Assembly: GCA_025060415.1 (NCBI GenBank)
Contig: JANXBT010000001.1
Coordinates: 36,313-68,312 of the forward strand
Length of the DNA: 32,000 bases
From: Candidatus Bipolaricaulota bacterium
Lineage (GTDB): Bacteria > Bipolaricaulota > Bipolaricaulia > Bipolaricaulales > Bipolaricaulaceae
Reading direction: 5' to 3'
The position numbers and the translations under genes are program-made. Shown piece after piece: positions 23,632-32,000 of the stretch (the first letter of the stretch is position 1; each line of letters begins with the position of its first letter). The notes beneath the pieces were generated by a model, which was not told where the DNA came from, did not search any database, and was given only the letters and a program-made list of their open reading frames with translations.

Positions 23632-24692
23632 GTCATGGGCACCTGGCGGACGAGCCGCCCCTCGATGCGGCGAAGGATGTCCCGCAGGGAGCGGCCGGTG
23701 ATGGTGAGGCCGTGGTTTTTGAGGCCGATCACGGCGCCCGCGGGGTCGGGGGCTTGGCGCACGAGCTCGGCCACGGACCGGGCGAGCTCATAGCTTCCGC
23801 AGGGGTAGTGGGCCTGGGTGGCGGGCACCCCGTCCATCCAGGCGTGCACGTGGATGATGGCCCCCACCTCGGGGTGCTCCCGGTAGATCATCCAGTGCTC
23901 GATGGCGTCCACGGAAACCCGACGGGGCTCGACGTGCGGGGGCACGGAGAGGACGATGCAGTTCTCCTGGGGATCGTAATCCTTGACGAGGAGGATGTCC
24001 CGGCCGATCACGCGCAGGTTGGCCTTGTCCACCCCGGAGGCCGACATCCAAAAGCGCTTGGCGTCCTTGCGCACGGAGAGGTTGCCGTAGGAGAGGCCGC
24101 CGATGCCGTAGAGCCTCTGCACGTGGCGGAAGTCCTCGGGCGGCAGGATCCGATCGAGGGGGAAAGGGGCGGGTAGGAGGTTCCAGGAGGCCAAAACCCT
24201 CCCGGCTTCGGCCAGCTCGCGGGTGAGCGCGTCCCCCTCCCAAAGCTCCGGCTCCAGGTCCGGCTCGAACCGGTTTTTGATGACCAGGGTGGCCGAGGCC
24301 ATGGGGTGGATCCGCGCCACAAGGCGCGGGAAAAAGCCCTCGCCCTCCGCCTCGCTGTAGTGCCCCAGATCCAGGGTGAAGAAGTGGGCTTCCCTCCCGG
24401 GGAGGTACACGAGGAGCATGTTGGCCAGGGTGCGCACGAGGTAGGGGTACATGGCCGACACCGGATCGGCCGGGAGCTCCGGGGCCTCCAGGAGCGAGAG
24501 CACGAAGGTGGCCTGGGCCCGGCGCCGGTAGGGCCGGGGGTTGGCCGTGGACACGAAGTTCAGCACCAGGCGGGGCGCGGGGTCCTGCGGGGCGTAGCGG
24601 TAGCCCTGCTCCTCCAGGGCCTGGGGCAATCCCGTAGCGAGGGGCCTCAGCCCGGGCGTAGGCTCGCCGTGGCAGGCAAACGTGAGGGCCAT
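23628..24692 (-). CDS. class II aldolase/adducin-family protein with long N-terminal extension
   Basis: C-terminal half YGIGGLSYGNLSVR...FWMSASGVDKANL...IIHVHAWMDGV...VIGLKNHGLTITGRSL carries class II aldolase motifs. About 170-190 N-terminal residues are unassigned. Confidence 0.8.
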   Translation of the reverse strand: MALTFACHGEPTPGLRPLATGLPQALEEQGYRYAPQDPAPRLVLNFVSTANPRPYRRRAQATFVLSLLEAPELPADPVSAMYPYLVRTLANMLLVYLPGREAHFFTLDLGHYSEAEGEGFFPRLVARIHPMASATLVIKNRFEPDLEPELWEGDALTRELAEAGRVLASWNLLPAPFPLDRILPPEDFRHVQRLYGIGGLSYGNLSVRKDAKRFWMSASGVDKANLRVIGRDILLVKDYDPQENCIVLSVPPHVEPRRVSVDAIEHWMIYREHPEVGAIIHVHAWMDGVPATQAHYPCGSYELARSVAELVRQAPDPAGAVIGLKNHGLTITGRSLRDILRRIEGRLVRQVPMT

Positions 24693-24781
24693 GCAGACCA
24701 CCTCGAAACGCAGGATATCCCAAGGGCACGGGCGGGGCCAGGGTTGTGCGGGAGGGCCGCAGAGGGGAACATTGCCCATCC

Positions 24782-26455
24782 ATGCGGGTTTTGGCCCTCG
24801 CCCTCTTGGGGGTCTGGGCCTGGGCCCAAGTCCCCACCGCCCTCGTGCGGGTGGAGGTGGTGCCGCCCGCGCCGGTGCGCCCAGGTGGGGAGGCCGTGGC
24901 CCAGGTGCGGATCGACATCGCTCCCGGCTGGCACATCCACGCCCATGCTCCCTCCCAGGCCTTCCTCATCCCCACCCGGCTCGAGTGGGATTGGCCGGAG
25001 GGCTTCACGGGCGAGGAGCGCTGGCCCGCCCCGGAGATCCGCCGGCTCCGTTTTTCCCAGGCCCCCTTGGAGCTCTACGAGGGCGTGATCGCGGTGGAGC
25101 TGCGGATCCGCGCGGGGGCCGGGGTCGCCCCGGCCACCTACCGGATCCGCGGAAGGCTCCGCTACCAGGCTTGCAGCGACGAGGTGTGCGTCCCGCCGGC
25201 GAGCGTGGAGGTGGAGCTCCCCGTGGAGGTCGTCCCGGGCGGGGCGGCCCCTCCCGGGCCGGGCGCCGGCTTCGCCCGCGGGTTCCTGTGGGCCCTGGGC
25301 GCCGCGTTCCTGGTGGGGTTGGGGTTGAACCTCACCCCCTGCGTGTACCCCATGGTGCCCGTGACGGTGGCCTACTTCGCGAAGGTCGCGGGGCAGCGGG
25401 TCCTGGGCACGCTGGGCCTGGCCCTGGCCTACCTTTTGGGCCTCGCCCTCACGTATTCCGCGCTGGGGGCCTTGGCCGCGCTGGGAGGGGGGCTTTTGGG
25501 CATGGCCCTCCAGCACCCCGCGGTGCTCGCCTTCCTGGCGGCGGTGATGGTGGCCCTCGCCCTGAGCTTCTTTGGGGTCTACACCCTGCGGGCTCCGGCC
25601 GCGCTCCTTCGGCGCCTGCCCCGGGCCCAGGCCGGCCCCTGGGGGGCGTTCCTCATGGGCGCGGTGGTGGGCCTGGTGGCCGCGCCCTGCGTGGGCCCCG
25701 CCACGGTGGCCTTCCTCTCCTACGTGGCCAGCCTCGGCGACCCCCTCAAGGGGTTCGTCCTCTTCTTCGCCCTGGCCCTGGGGCTGGGCCTCCCCTACGT
25801 GGGTTTGGCCCTCCTTTCCGGGAAGCTCCGGCGCCTGCCCCGGGCCGGCCCCTGGACGGTGTGGGTGGAGCACCTCCTTGGGTTCCTCCTCTTGGGGATG
25901 GCCTTGTACTTCCTTTCCCCACTCCTGCCCGAGCTGGGCCTGCGGGTGGGGATCGGCCTTCTCGCCGGCGGGGGCGGCCTCTTCCTCCTCGCCTCCGGGC
26001 TGCGCCGGCGCAGCCGGGTCGTGGCCGTCCTGAGCGCGCTGGTCGCGGCCGCCGGCCTGGGGGTAGGGGTGCGCTGGGGGCTCCCGGCGCGCCGCGCCCC
26101 GGAGATCCCCTGGGTTCCCTACAGCGCCGCGGCCCTCGCCCAGGCGCAGGAGCGGGGCACGCCCGTTCTCCTCTACTTTTCCGCGGAATGGTGCATCCCC
26201 TGTAAGGAGCTGGCGGCCACGACGTTCCGCGACGCCCAGGTGCACAGGGAGCTGGCCGCCTGGACGCCGGTGAAGGTGGACCTCACCGAGGTGAGCCCTG
26301 AGGAGGAGGCCCTGCGGCGGCGGTTCGGGGTGGTGGGGGTGCCCACCCTGATCTTCTTGGGGCCCCAAGGGGAGGAGCGGGGGCGCCTGTTCGGCTACGT
26401 CGATGCCCGGGGGTTCTTGGCCGCCCTGCAGCGGGCCTACCCCCGCCCGGGCTGA
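24782..26455 (+). CDS. dsbD: thiol:disulfide interchange protein DsbD-like (periplasmic alpha, TM beta and thioredoxin-like gamma domains)
   Basis: N-terminal ACSDEVCVPP-type motif, TM domain LNLTPCVYPMVPVTVAYFAK and VAAPCVGPATVAF, C-terminal YFSAEWCIPCKELAATTF. Confidence 0.92.
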   Translation: MRVLALALLGVWAWAQVPTALVRVEVVPPAPVRPGGEAVAQVRIDIAPGWHIHAHAPSQAFLIPTRLEWDWPEGFTGEERWPAPEIRRLRFSQAPLELYEGVIAVELRIRAGAGVAPATYRIRGRLRYQACSDEVCVPPASVEVELPVEVVPGGAAPPGPGAGFARGFLWALGAAFLVGLGLNLTPCVYPMVPVTVAYFAKVAGQRVLGTLGLALAYLLGLALTYSALGALAALGGGLLGMALQHPAVLAFLAAVMVALALSFFGVYTLRAPAALLRRLPRAQAGPWGAFLMGAVVGLVAAPCVGPATVAFLSYVASLGDPLKGFVLFFALALGLGLPYVGLALLSGKLRRLPRAGPWTVWVEHLLGFLLLGMALYFLSPLLPELGLRVGIGLLAGGGGLFLLASGLRRRSRVVAVLSALVAAAGLGVGVRWGLPARRAPEIPWVPYSAAALAQAQERGTPVLLYFSAEWCIPCKELAATTFRDAQVHRELAAWTPVKVDLTEVSPEEEALRRRFGVVGVPTLIFLGPQGEERGRLFGYVDARGFLAALQRAYPRPG

Positions 26456-27423
26456 GCCGAGGCCTGGAGCTCCGCCAGGAGCGCCCGTGCCTCCGCCCAA
26501 GCCCTCTCCGCCAGAACCGGGGAGATGAGCCCCTCCGCGGCCTTCTTCTCCAGGACCTCCGCGTCCAGAAGGCGGAGCTCCCCGCCCACGCGGGCGATGT
26601 CGATCTCCAGGTCCAGGTAGCGGATCTCGCCGGGCAGGAACTCGGGGGGCGTTTGGATGTTGTAGATCTCGCCGAGGAGCTCGCCGTTGGCGCGGAAGTA
26701 GGTGCGGCGGCTCCACCACCGGTCCGGAAGGAACTCCACGTAGCCTTGGTCGCCCGCGTTTTTGGGGAGGCCCAGCCCGTCGTAGGTGCCCCCGGCTCGG
26801 AAGGCGCGGCGCACCACCACCCGCCCCCGCTGGGCCTCCACAAGCTCCCCGCCCTGCCGGATCGGGGCCTCCCCAGCCTTCCCGTGCACGATGCTCACCG
26901 GCCTTCCCGGCGCGTAGTGGGCCCAGATAAGCTCCTCCTCTAAAACCTGGGCCAGCGCCGCCTCCCCCTTGGCCTCGGCCTCGTCCACGCGCGCGGGATC
27001 GAGGGTTTTCAGGAGGTGGTGTCCGGGCAGGGTGAAGAGGACCTCCGCCCGCACCCGGTCGAGGAGGTCCTTGGCGGGTTTGGGGAAGTCCCCTTCGGCC
27101 CGGGCGAGCAGGGCCGCCGCGGCGGCCAGGGGGCCCTCCTTGCGCGGCCTCGGGGGCGGGGCCTGCCAGCTGAACACCGCCCAGGGGATCCTCTCCCGCA
27201 AAAACGCCACCACCTCCTCCGCCGCGCTCCGCACCCCTTCGATCACGATCCCGTGCCGGTCCGGCCGGTCCTGGATCGTCACCTCCGCGGGGCCCTCCGC
27301 CGGGCTCAGCCCGAACCGGGCCTGGATCACCTCGCTCGGCTCCACCAGGGCGAAGCGCTCCCGCAAGAGGGCGGTGAGGGCGGTGGCGTAGATCCCGCGC
27401 ACGCGCACCCTAACGGGGCTCAT
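26437..27423 (-). CDS. FAU-1/AU-1-like ribonuclease E/G-related protein with DUF402 domain
   Basis: 328 aa; N-terminal RVRGIYATALTALLRERFALVEPSEVIQARF and C-terminal DUF402-like AGGTYDGLGLPKNAGDQGYVEF...FRANGELLGEIYNIQTPPEFLPGEIRYLDLEIDI. Confidence 0.78.
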   Translation of the reverse strand: MSPVRVRVRGIYATALTALLRERFALVEPSEVIQARFGLSPAEGPAEVTIQDRPDRHGIVIEGVRSAAEEVVAFLRERIPWAVFSWQAPPPRPRKEGPLAAAAALLARAEGDFPKPAKDLLDRVRAEVLFTLPGHHLLKTLDPARVDEAEAKGEAALAQVLEEELIWAHYAPGRPVSIVHGKAGEAPIRQGGELVEAQRGRVVVRRAFRAGGTYDGLGLPKNAGDQGYVEFLPDRWWSRRTYFRANGELLGEIYNIQTPPEFLPGEIRYLDLEIDIARVGGELRLLDAEVLEKKAAEGLISPVLAERAWAEARALLAELQASAQPGRG

Positions 27424-28453
27424 ACCCGATGCCCTGGAGGGTCAGGCGCTTGCCCTCGAGCTTCCAACGCACCCCAAGCAGGCCCTCCACCAGCCACAGG
27501 TTGGCCTCCACGTGGTCGGTGACCGCGGGCACAAGATAGGCGGATTCGCCCTTGGCCAGGGCCGCGTAGAGGATGAGCTGGTCGGCGAGGTGGCGGTCCA
27601 CGGTGGCCCCGGCCTCGAGGTCCTCGAGGAGCGCGCGGGCCACGTATTCGGCGATGGCCTCGGCGGGGCGACCGGGGGCGCCGGCCTGGTCCGCCCCCAG
27701 GCGCGCGCCGGCCTGGTCCTCGGCGATCAGGGCCAAGGCGGCCCCGGGTTGGATGGCGCTCTCGTCGTGTTCGATCCGAAAGTCCGCGGAGATCCCCCGG
27801 CGCGCCAGCTCCTCCTGGCAGCGGCGGGCCATGCGCTCCGCCACCCGCCGCTCCCGCAGGTGCGAGTCCAGGGCCAGGCCCCAAAAGCGCAGGGGCTTGC
27901 GGAGCTCCTCCCGGCGGAGCGGCGCCAAAGGGCCGCGGAGCGGCTGGACCCGAAGCTCGATCTCCCCTCCGCCCTTGGGCACGTACCCCGGCCGGAGGAC
28001 GCGGAGCTCAGCCCTCAGCCCCATCCCCTGCAGGGCGGGGAGGAGCACGTGCTGGGTGTGGAAAGCGGAGGGCGCGAAGTCCTGAAAGAGGCCGCCCCGG
28101 ATGCGGAAGGCGCAGGGCCGTCGGGCGAAGGCGGCGATGGGGAGGAGGGTGAGGGCGAGCATGGTGGTGGAGCCGGCGGTGCCGATGTCCCAGGTGAAGT
28201 CCCCGCCCAGGGCCGCGGCCCTGGGGCGGAAGAGGATCTCTCGGCTGCCCACCTCTGCGCCCTCGAGCTCCCCCTGGACCAGGGCGGCCGCGGCCTCCAC
28301 GGCCCGCAGGTGCTGGGGCCGCAGGCCCGGGTTGTCCCGCTTGGCGCGGATGTTGTAGATCCGGATGGGCTCGCCCAGGAGGGCCGCCAGGACCACCCCG
28401 GTGCGCACCAGGGTCCCGCTCCCCGACTTCTGCCCGCCGTCCACCGTCCACAT
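27410..28453 (-). CDS. rtcA: RNA 3'-terminal phosphate cyclase family protein (motif-variant RtcA)
   Basis: RIYNIRAKRDNPGLRPQHLRAV, DIGTAGSTTMLALTLLP, PGYVPKGGGEIELRV, VDRHLADQLILYAALAKG (catalytic His context). Confidence 0.88.
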   Translation of the reverse strand: MWTVDGGQKSGSGTLVRTGVVLAALLGEPIRIYNIRAKRDNPGLRPQHLRAVEAAAALVQGELEGAEVGSREILFRPRAAALGGDFTWDIGTAGSTTMLALTLLPIAAFARRPCAFRIRGGLFQDFAPSAFHTQHVLLPALQGMGLRAELRVLRPGYVPKGGGEIELRVQPLRGPLAPLRREELRKPLRFWGLALDSHLRERRVAERMARRCQEELARRGISADFRIEHDESAIQPGAALALIAEDQAGARLGADQAGAPGRPAEAIAEYVARALLEDLEAGATVDRHLADQLILYAALAKGESAYLVPAVTDHVEANLWLVEGLLGVRWKLEGKRLTLQGIGYEPR

Positions 28454-28474
28454 CGGGCCCCAAGTTTAGGGCGC

Positions 28475-29233
28475 CTAGTTGCGCAGGGAAATGAGGCGGA
28501 GGCCCTCCAGGGTGAGCCAGGGGTCCACGGCCTCCACCTCGGAGAGGAGCGGCGCCAGGAGGGAGGCCCATTCGCCCGTGGCCACGGCCCGCGCCGTCCC
28601 CCCAAGCTCCGCGCGCATGCGCCGCACCACCCCGTCCACCAGGGCCGCGTGCCCCAGGACGGCCCCGGCCTGGACGGCGGCGAGGGTGTTTTTCCCCAGG
28701 GCGCTGGGGGGCAACGCCAGGGGGACGCGGGGGAGCTGGGCCGTGCGCTCCGCCAGGGCCTCCAGGCCCAGGGCCAAGCCGGGGGCGATGGCCACGCCCA
28801 CCAGGGCGCCCGGCGCGGCCACGGCCACGAAGCTCGTGGCGGTGCCGAAGTCCACGGCGATGCAGTTCCCCTGGAAGCGGGCGTAGGCGGCCACGGCGTT
28901 GGCCACGAGGTCCGCCCCCACCTCGCTGGGGTGGTCCGTGCGGATGGCCAGCCCCGTGCGCACCCCCGGCCCCACCACCAGCACCTCCGCGCCCAGCCAG
29001 CCCTCCCCCAGCTCCCGGAACACCGGCACCAGCGGGGGCACGGCGCTGGCCACCACCACCCGCGTGATCCGCTCCTCCAGGCCCCGCGCCCGCAGGAGCT
29101 CCCGGAGGAGCACCGCGTACTCGTCCGCGGTCTTGCCGGGAACGGTGCGCAGCCGGAACCGGGCCCGCCAGCCGGCGCCGTCGTGGCAGCCCAGGCTGAT
29201 CAGGGTGTTCCCGATGTCGACGGCCAAAAGCAC
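28475..29233 (-). CDS. coaX: type III pantothenate kinase
   Basis: (GTG)LLAVDIGNTLISLG, DHPSEVGADLVANAVAAY, AVDFGTATSF, GVAIAPGLALGLEAL. It is the C-terminal part of the over-extended 575-aa ORF. Confidence 0.93.
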   Translation of the reverse strand: MLLAVDIGNTLISLGCHDGAGWRARFRLRTVPGKTADEYAVLLRELLRARGLEERITRVVVASAVPPLVPVFRELGEGWLGAEVLVVGPGVRTGLAIRTDHPSEVGADLVANAVAAYARFQGNCIAVDFGTATSFVAVAAPGALVGVAIAPGLALGLEALAERTAQLPRVPLALPPSALGKNTLAAVQAGAVLGHAALVDGVVRRMRAELGGTARAVATGEWASLLAPLLSEVEAVDPWLTLEGLRLISLRN

Positions 29234-29234
29234 G

Positions 29235-29648
29235 TCAGGACGGGGGGAGCTCCTGGACCAGCTCCTCGTACACCGCTTCCTCGATGTAGATGGGCGAGCC
29301 GGTGCGGAGGGCCAGGGCCACGGAGTCCGAGGGCCGGGCGTCCACCCGCACCCGCTCCCCGCTTTCCTTGCGGATGTGGAGGGAGGCGTAGCAGATCCCC
29401 TCCTCCAGCCGGTCCAGCACCACCTCCTCCAGCGTGGCCTCCAGGGCCGCGAGCACGGCGGAGAGGAGGTCGTGGGTGAGGGGGCGCGGGGGCGCGGTGC
29501 CTTCCAGCCCGATGAGGATGGCCACGGCCTCCGCCTCCCCAATCCGCAGGGGCACGAAATGCTCTTCCTCGTTGGGGTCGCGCAGAAGGAGCACCGGCCC
29601 CCCGCTTTCCTGGTCCACGGCGATGCCCGCCACCACCAATTCCCGCAT
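29235..29648 (-). CDS. DUF151 / bifunctional nuclease family protein
   Basis: LLLRDPNEEEHFVPLRIGEAEAVAI...PPRPLTHDLLSAVL...RVDARPSDSVALALRTGSPIYI. Confidence 0.92.
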   Translation of the reverse strand: MRELVVAGIAVDQESGGPVLLLRDPNEEEHFVPLRIGEAEAVAILIGLEGTAPPRPLTHDLLSAVLAALEATLEEVVLDRLEEGICYASLHIRKESGERVRVDARPSDSVALALRTGSPIYIEEAVYEELVQELPPS

Positions 29649-29727
29649 GTTCCTTTCTCACCCCCGGGGCCGAAACGCGGCCCGTTTCGTCGTCCATGAT
29701 ACGGGGGGCCCGGGGGCGGGACCAGGC

Positions 29728-30411
29728 TCAGCCGGAGACGTTGAGCTCCTCCATCCTCCCCGTGACCACGAAGATCACCCGCTCGCAGATGTTCGTGACC
29801 AGGTCCGCGAAGCGCTCGAGGTTGTGGCTGGCCCACATGAGGTAGGTGGCCTGGGTGATGTTGCGGGGCTCCTGGATCATGAGGAGGAAGAGTTCCCGGT
29901 GGACCTGGTCGTGGAGGGCGTCCACCTCGTCGTCGCGGAGGGCGATGCGGCGGGCGGCCTCGGCGTCGCGCCGGCGCAGGGCGTCCAGGGCCCCCTCCAG
30001 CATCCCCAGCGCCAGCTCCGTCATGCGCGGAATGTCCACCAGCGGCTTGATCAGGGGGGTTTTCCCGATGAGGAGGGTGATGCGGGCCAGGCCCGCGGCA
30101 TGATCGCCCATGCGTTCCAGGTCCGTCACGATGTGCATGAGGGCCGTGATCAAGCGTAGGTCGGAGGCCATGGGCTGCTGGGTGGCCAAGAGCTCCAGGC
30201 ACTTCTCCTCGATGGCGAAGCGCTGGCGGTTGATCTCCAGGTCCCCGCTCACCACGGCCTGGGCGAGCTCGAGGTCCTGGGCCTTGAGGCTGTGCAGGGC
30301 GTGGCGGAGGGCCTGGGCCACCGCCCGCCCCAGCCCCTCCACCTCCGCCTCCAGGGCCTGCAGGCTGCGAACCAACCCTTCCCGTACCATCCCGGGCTCC
30401 TTTTCAGCCAA
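29728..30411 (-). CDS. phoU: phosphate-specific transport accessory protein PhoU
   Basis: Two PhoU repeats: [27 protein letters not shown] and [30 protein letters not shown]. Confidence 0.94.
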   Translation of the reverse strand: MAEKEPGMVREGLVRSLQALEAEVEGLGRAVAQALRHALHSLKAQDLELAQAVVSGDLEINRQRFAIEEKCLELLATQQPMASDLRLITALMHIVTDLERMGDHAAGLARITLLIGKTPLIKPLVDIPRMTELALGMLEGALDALRRRDAEAARRIALRDDEVDALHDQVHRELFLLMIQEPRNITQATYLMWASHNLERFADLVTNICERVIFVVTGRMEELNVSG

Positions 30412-31189
30412 AGCGGCCGGTGATGTAGGCCTCCGTGCGGGGGTCCTTGGGCCGGGTGAAGAGCTCCCGCGTGGGCCCGTACTCCACCAGCTCCCCCAGG
30501 AGCAAAAAGGCCGTGTAGTCGCTCACCCGCGCCGCCTGCTGCATGTTGTGGGTCACGATGACGATGGTCACGGAGGAGGAGAGCTCGCGGATGAGGTCCT
30601 CGATCTTGGCCGTGGCCACGGGGTCCAGGGCCGAGCAGGGCTCGTCCATGAGGAGCACCTCGGGCTCCACGGCCAGGGCCCGGGCGATGCACAGCCGCTG
30701 CTGCTGCCCCCCGGAGAGGTCGTAGCCCGTCTTGCGATGGAGGTCGTCCTTCACCTCGTCCCACAGGGCCGCCCGGCGCAGCGCCCACTCCACCCGCTCC
30801 CGCAGGTTCCCCCGGAACCCGTTCACCCGCAGCCCGAAGGCCACGTTCTCGAAGATGCTCTTGGGGAAGGGGTTGGGCTTTTGGAACACCATGCCGATCC
30901 GGCGCCGGATCTCCACGGGGTCCACTTTAGGGTCGTAGACGTTGAGGCCCCGGAAGAGGATGGCCCCCTCCGCCCGGAACCCGGGGATGAGGTCGTTCAT
31001 GCGGTTGATGGACCGGATGAGCGTGCTTTTGCCGCAGCCGGAGGGGCCGATGATGGCGGTGACCCGGCGCTCCGGGATCTCCAGGGTCACGCCCCGCAGG
31101 ACCTGGGCCTTCCCGTACCAGGCGGAAAACCCCTGTATAGCGAGCACCGGCGAGGGCACCTCATCCCAATAGATCGTCATTCGGCCCAC
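30404..31189 (-). CDS. pstB: phosphate ABC transporter ATP-binding protein
   Basis: [91 protein letters not shown]. Confidence 0.97.
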   Translation of the reverse strand: MGRMTIYWDEVPSPVLAIQGFSAWYGKAQVLRGVTLEIPERRVTAIIGPSGCGKSTLIRSINRMNDLIPGFRAEGAILFRGLNVYDPKVDPVEIRRRIGMVFQKPNPFPKSIFENVAFGLRVNGFRGNLRERVEWALRRAALWDEVKDDLHRKTGYDLSGGQQQRLCIARALAVEPEVLLMDEPCSALDPVATAKIEDLIRELSSSVTIVIVTHNMQQAARVSDYTAFLLLGELVEYGPTRELFTRPKDPRTEAYITGRFG

Positions 31190-32000
31190 CTCCGCTGGAA
31201 GCGCGCCCGCAGGAGGATGGCCAGGGCGTTGAGGAGGAGGACGAGCCCCAAAAGGACGAGGATGGCGCAGGCCGCCACCACGGCGTAGCCGTCCTGGGGC
31301 CGCGTGGCCCAGTCGAAGATCTGGATGGGCACCACGGTGAAGCTGTCCCGCAGGCTCTGGGGCACGTAGGTCACGTAGAGGAAGGCGCCCAAAAACAGGA
31401 GGGGGGCGGCCTCGCCCAGGGCGCGGGAGAGGCTCAGGACCACGCCGGTGAGGATGCCCGGGAGAGCGTAGGGGAGGACGTGGTGGCGCACGGTCTGCCA
31501 GGGGGTCGCGCCCACGCTGAACGCCGCCTCCCGCAGGGTCCTGGGCACGGTGCGTAAGGCCTCCCGGCTAGCGATGATAACCAAGGGGAGGACCAGGACG
31601 GCCAGGGTGAACCCGCCGGCGAGGATGGACCTTCCCAGGTTCATGGCCCGGGCGAAGATCTCCAGGCCCAGAAGCCCCACCACGGCCGAGGGCAGCCCGG
31701 CCAGGCTCGCCACGAGCACCTCCAGCGCCGCAGTGAACCGGGTCTGGCGGGCGTACTCCTCGAGATAAATCGCGGCCGCAATCCCCAGGGGGAAGGCCAC
31801 CGCGGCCATCACGAGCACGACCCCCAGGGACCCCAAAAAGGCGGGCAGGAGCCCCGCCTGCTCCGGGTAGCGGGGGTCGCCCAGGCGCGTGAGGAGCGCG
31901 CGCCAGGCCCGCCAAGCGTTCCGCTCCACGGGGAGCACCCCGCTCCGCCGCGGGTCCCACAGGAGCTCCAGGGTTTCCTCCCCCCGGCGCACCTGCAGCC
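31177..32000 (-). CDS. pstA: phosphate ABC transporter permease PstA (5' end probably beyond window edge)
   Basis: [73 protein letters not shown]. Reading frame open to the edge; expected first TM helix not present in the window. Confidence 0.9.
   Translation of the reverse strand, partial: LQVRRGEETLELLWDPRRSGVLPVERNAWRAWRALLTRLGDPRYPEQAGLLPAFLGSLGVVLVMAAVAFPLGIAAAIYLEEYARQTRFTAALEVLVASLAGLPSAVVGLLGLEIFARAMNLGRSILAGGFTLAVLVLPLVIIASREALRTVPRTLREAAFSVGATPWQTVRHHVLPYALPGILTGVVLSLSRALGEAAPLLFLGAFLYVTYVPQSLRDSFTVVPIQIFDWATRPQDGYAVVAACAILVLLGLVLLLNALAILLRARFQRRWAE

Noticed and set aside
24647-26719. 690-aa ORF on the minus strand
   Set aside because: Antisense to dsbD; composition dominated by G/P/H/R/Q repeats typical of shadow frames in GC-rich DNA, with no recognisable domain.
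27512-29479. 655-aa ORF on the plus strand
   Set aside because: Antisense to rtcA, coaX and the DUF151 gene, each with clear family motifs; this frame is low-complexity G/H/P/R-rich.
29234-30202. N-terminal portion of the 575-aa minus-strand ORF ending at 28475
   Set aside because: Alternative frame of the DUF151 and phoU genes; only the CoaX part from GTG 29233 is supported.
1-32000. CRISPR arrays, transposases, phage or toxin-antitoxin/defence islands
   Set aside because: No repeated direct-repeat/spacer structure, no recognisable transposase/integrase, and all sizeable ORFs with real coding character are assigned to other families.

Overview
GC-rich, gene-dense bacterial chromosomal window that includes a probable replication-origin region. 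From left to right: (1) a 5' fragment of pyruvate kinase (-), then rnpA/greA/lysS/PAP2 phosphatase/PLP aminotransferase (+). (2) Leftward genes for an orphan MsmX/UgpC-type sugar-ABC ATPase, a MoaD-like protein and RarA. (3) Six tightly packed tRNA genes (Lys-CTT, Lys-TTT, Glu-TTC, Val-TAC, Asp-GTC, Phe-GAA), with dnaA starting 16 nt after tRNA-Phe, then a DnaA-box cluster (candidate oriC), a DUF721/DciA-like gene with a C-terminal Cys4 motif, and thrS. (4) A visibly less GC-rich sugar or sugar-acid catabolic block: IclR regulator, sugar ABC substrate-binding protein and two permeases, three SDR dehydrogenases, a D-2-hydroxyacid dehydrogenase, KDPG aldolase, KDG kinase and a FAH-family hydrolase. 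(5) A prokaryotic pentameric ligand-gated ion-channel homologue. (6) Alcohol dehydrogenase plus a class II aldolase with a large N-terminal extension, a DsbD-like protein, an archaeal-type FAU-1/DUF402 RNase-like protein with a motif-variant RtcA, CoaX, a DUF151 nuclease, PhoU, PstB and PstA (cut by the window edge). No CRISPR array, transposon or phage was seen. The most interesting points are the tRNA-dnaA-oriC-dciA layout, possible leaderless promoters, the ion-channel homologue, the FAU-1/RtcA pair, and the sugar-acid block with its candidate operator. All family calls are from motif recognition; no database search was run.
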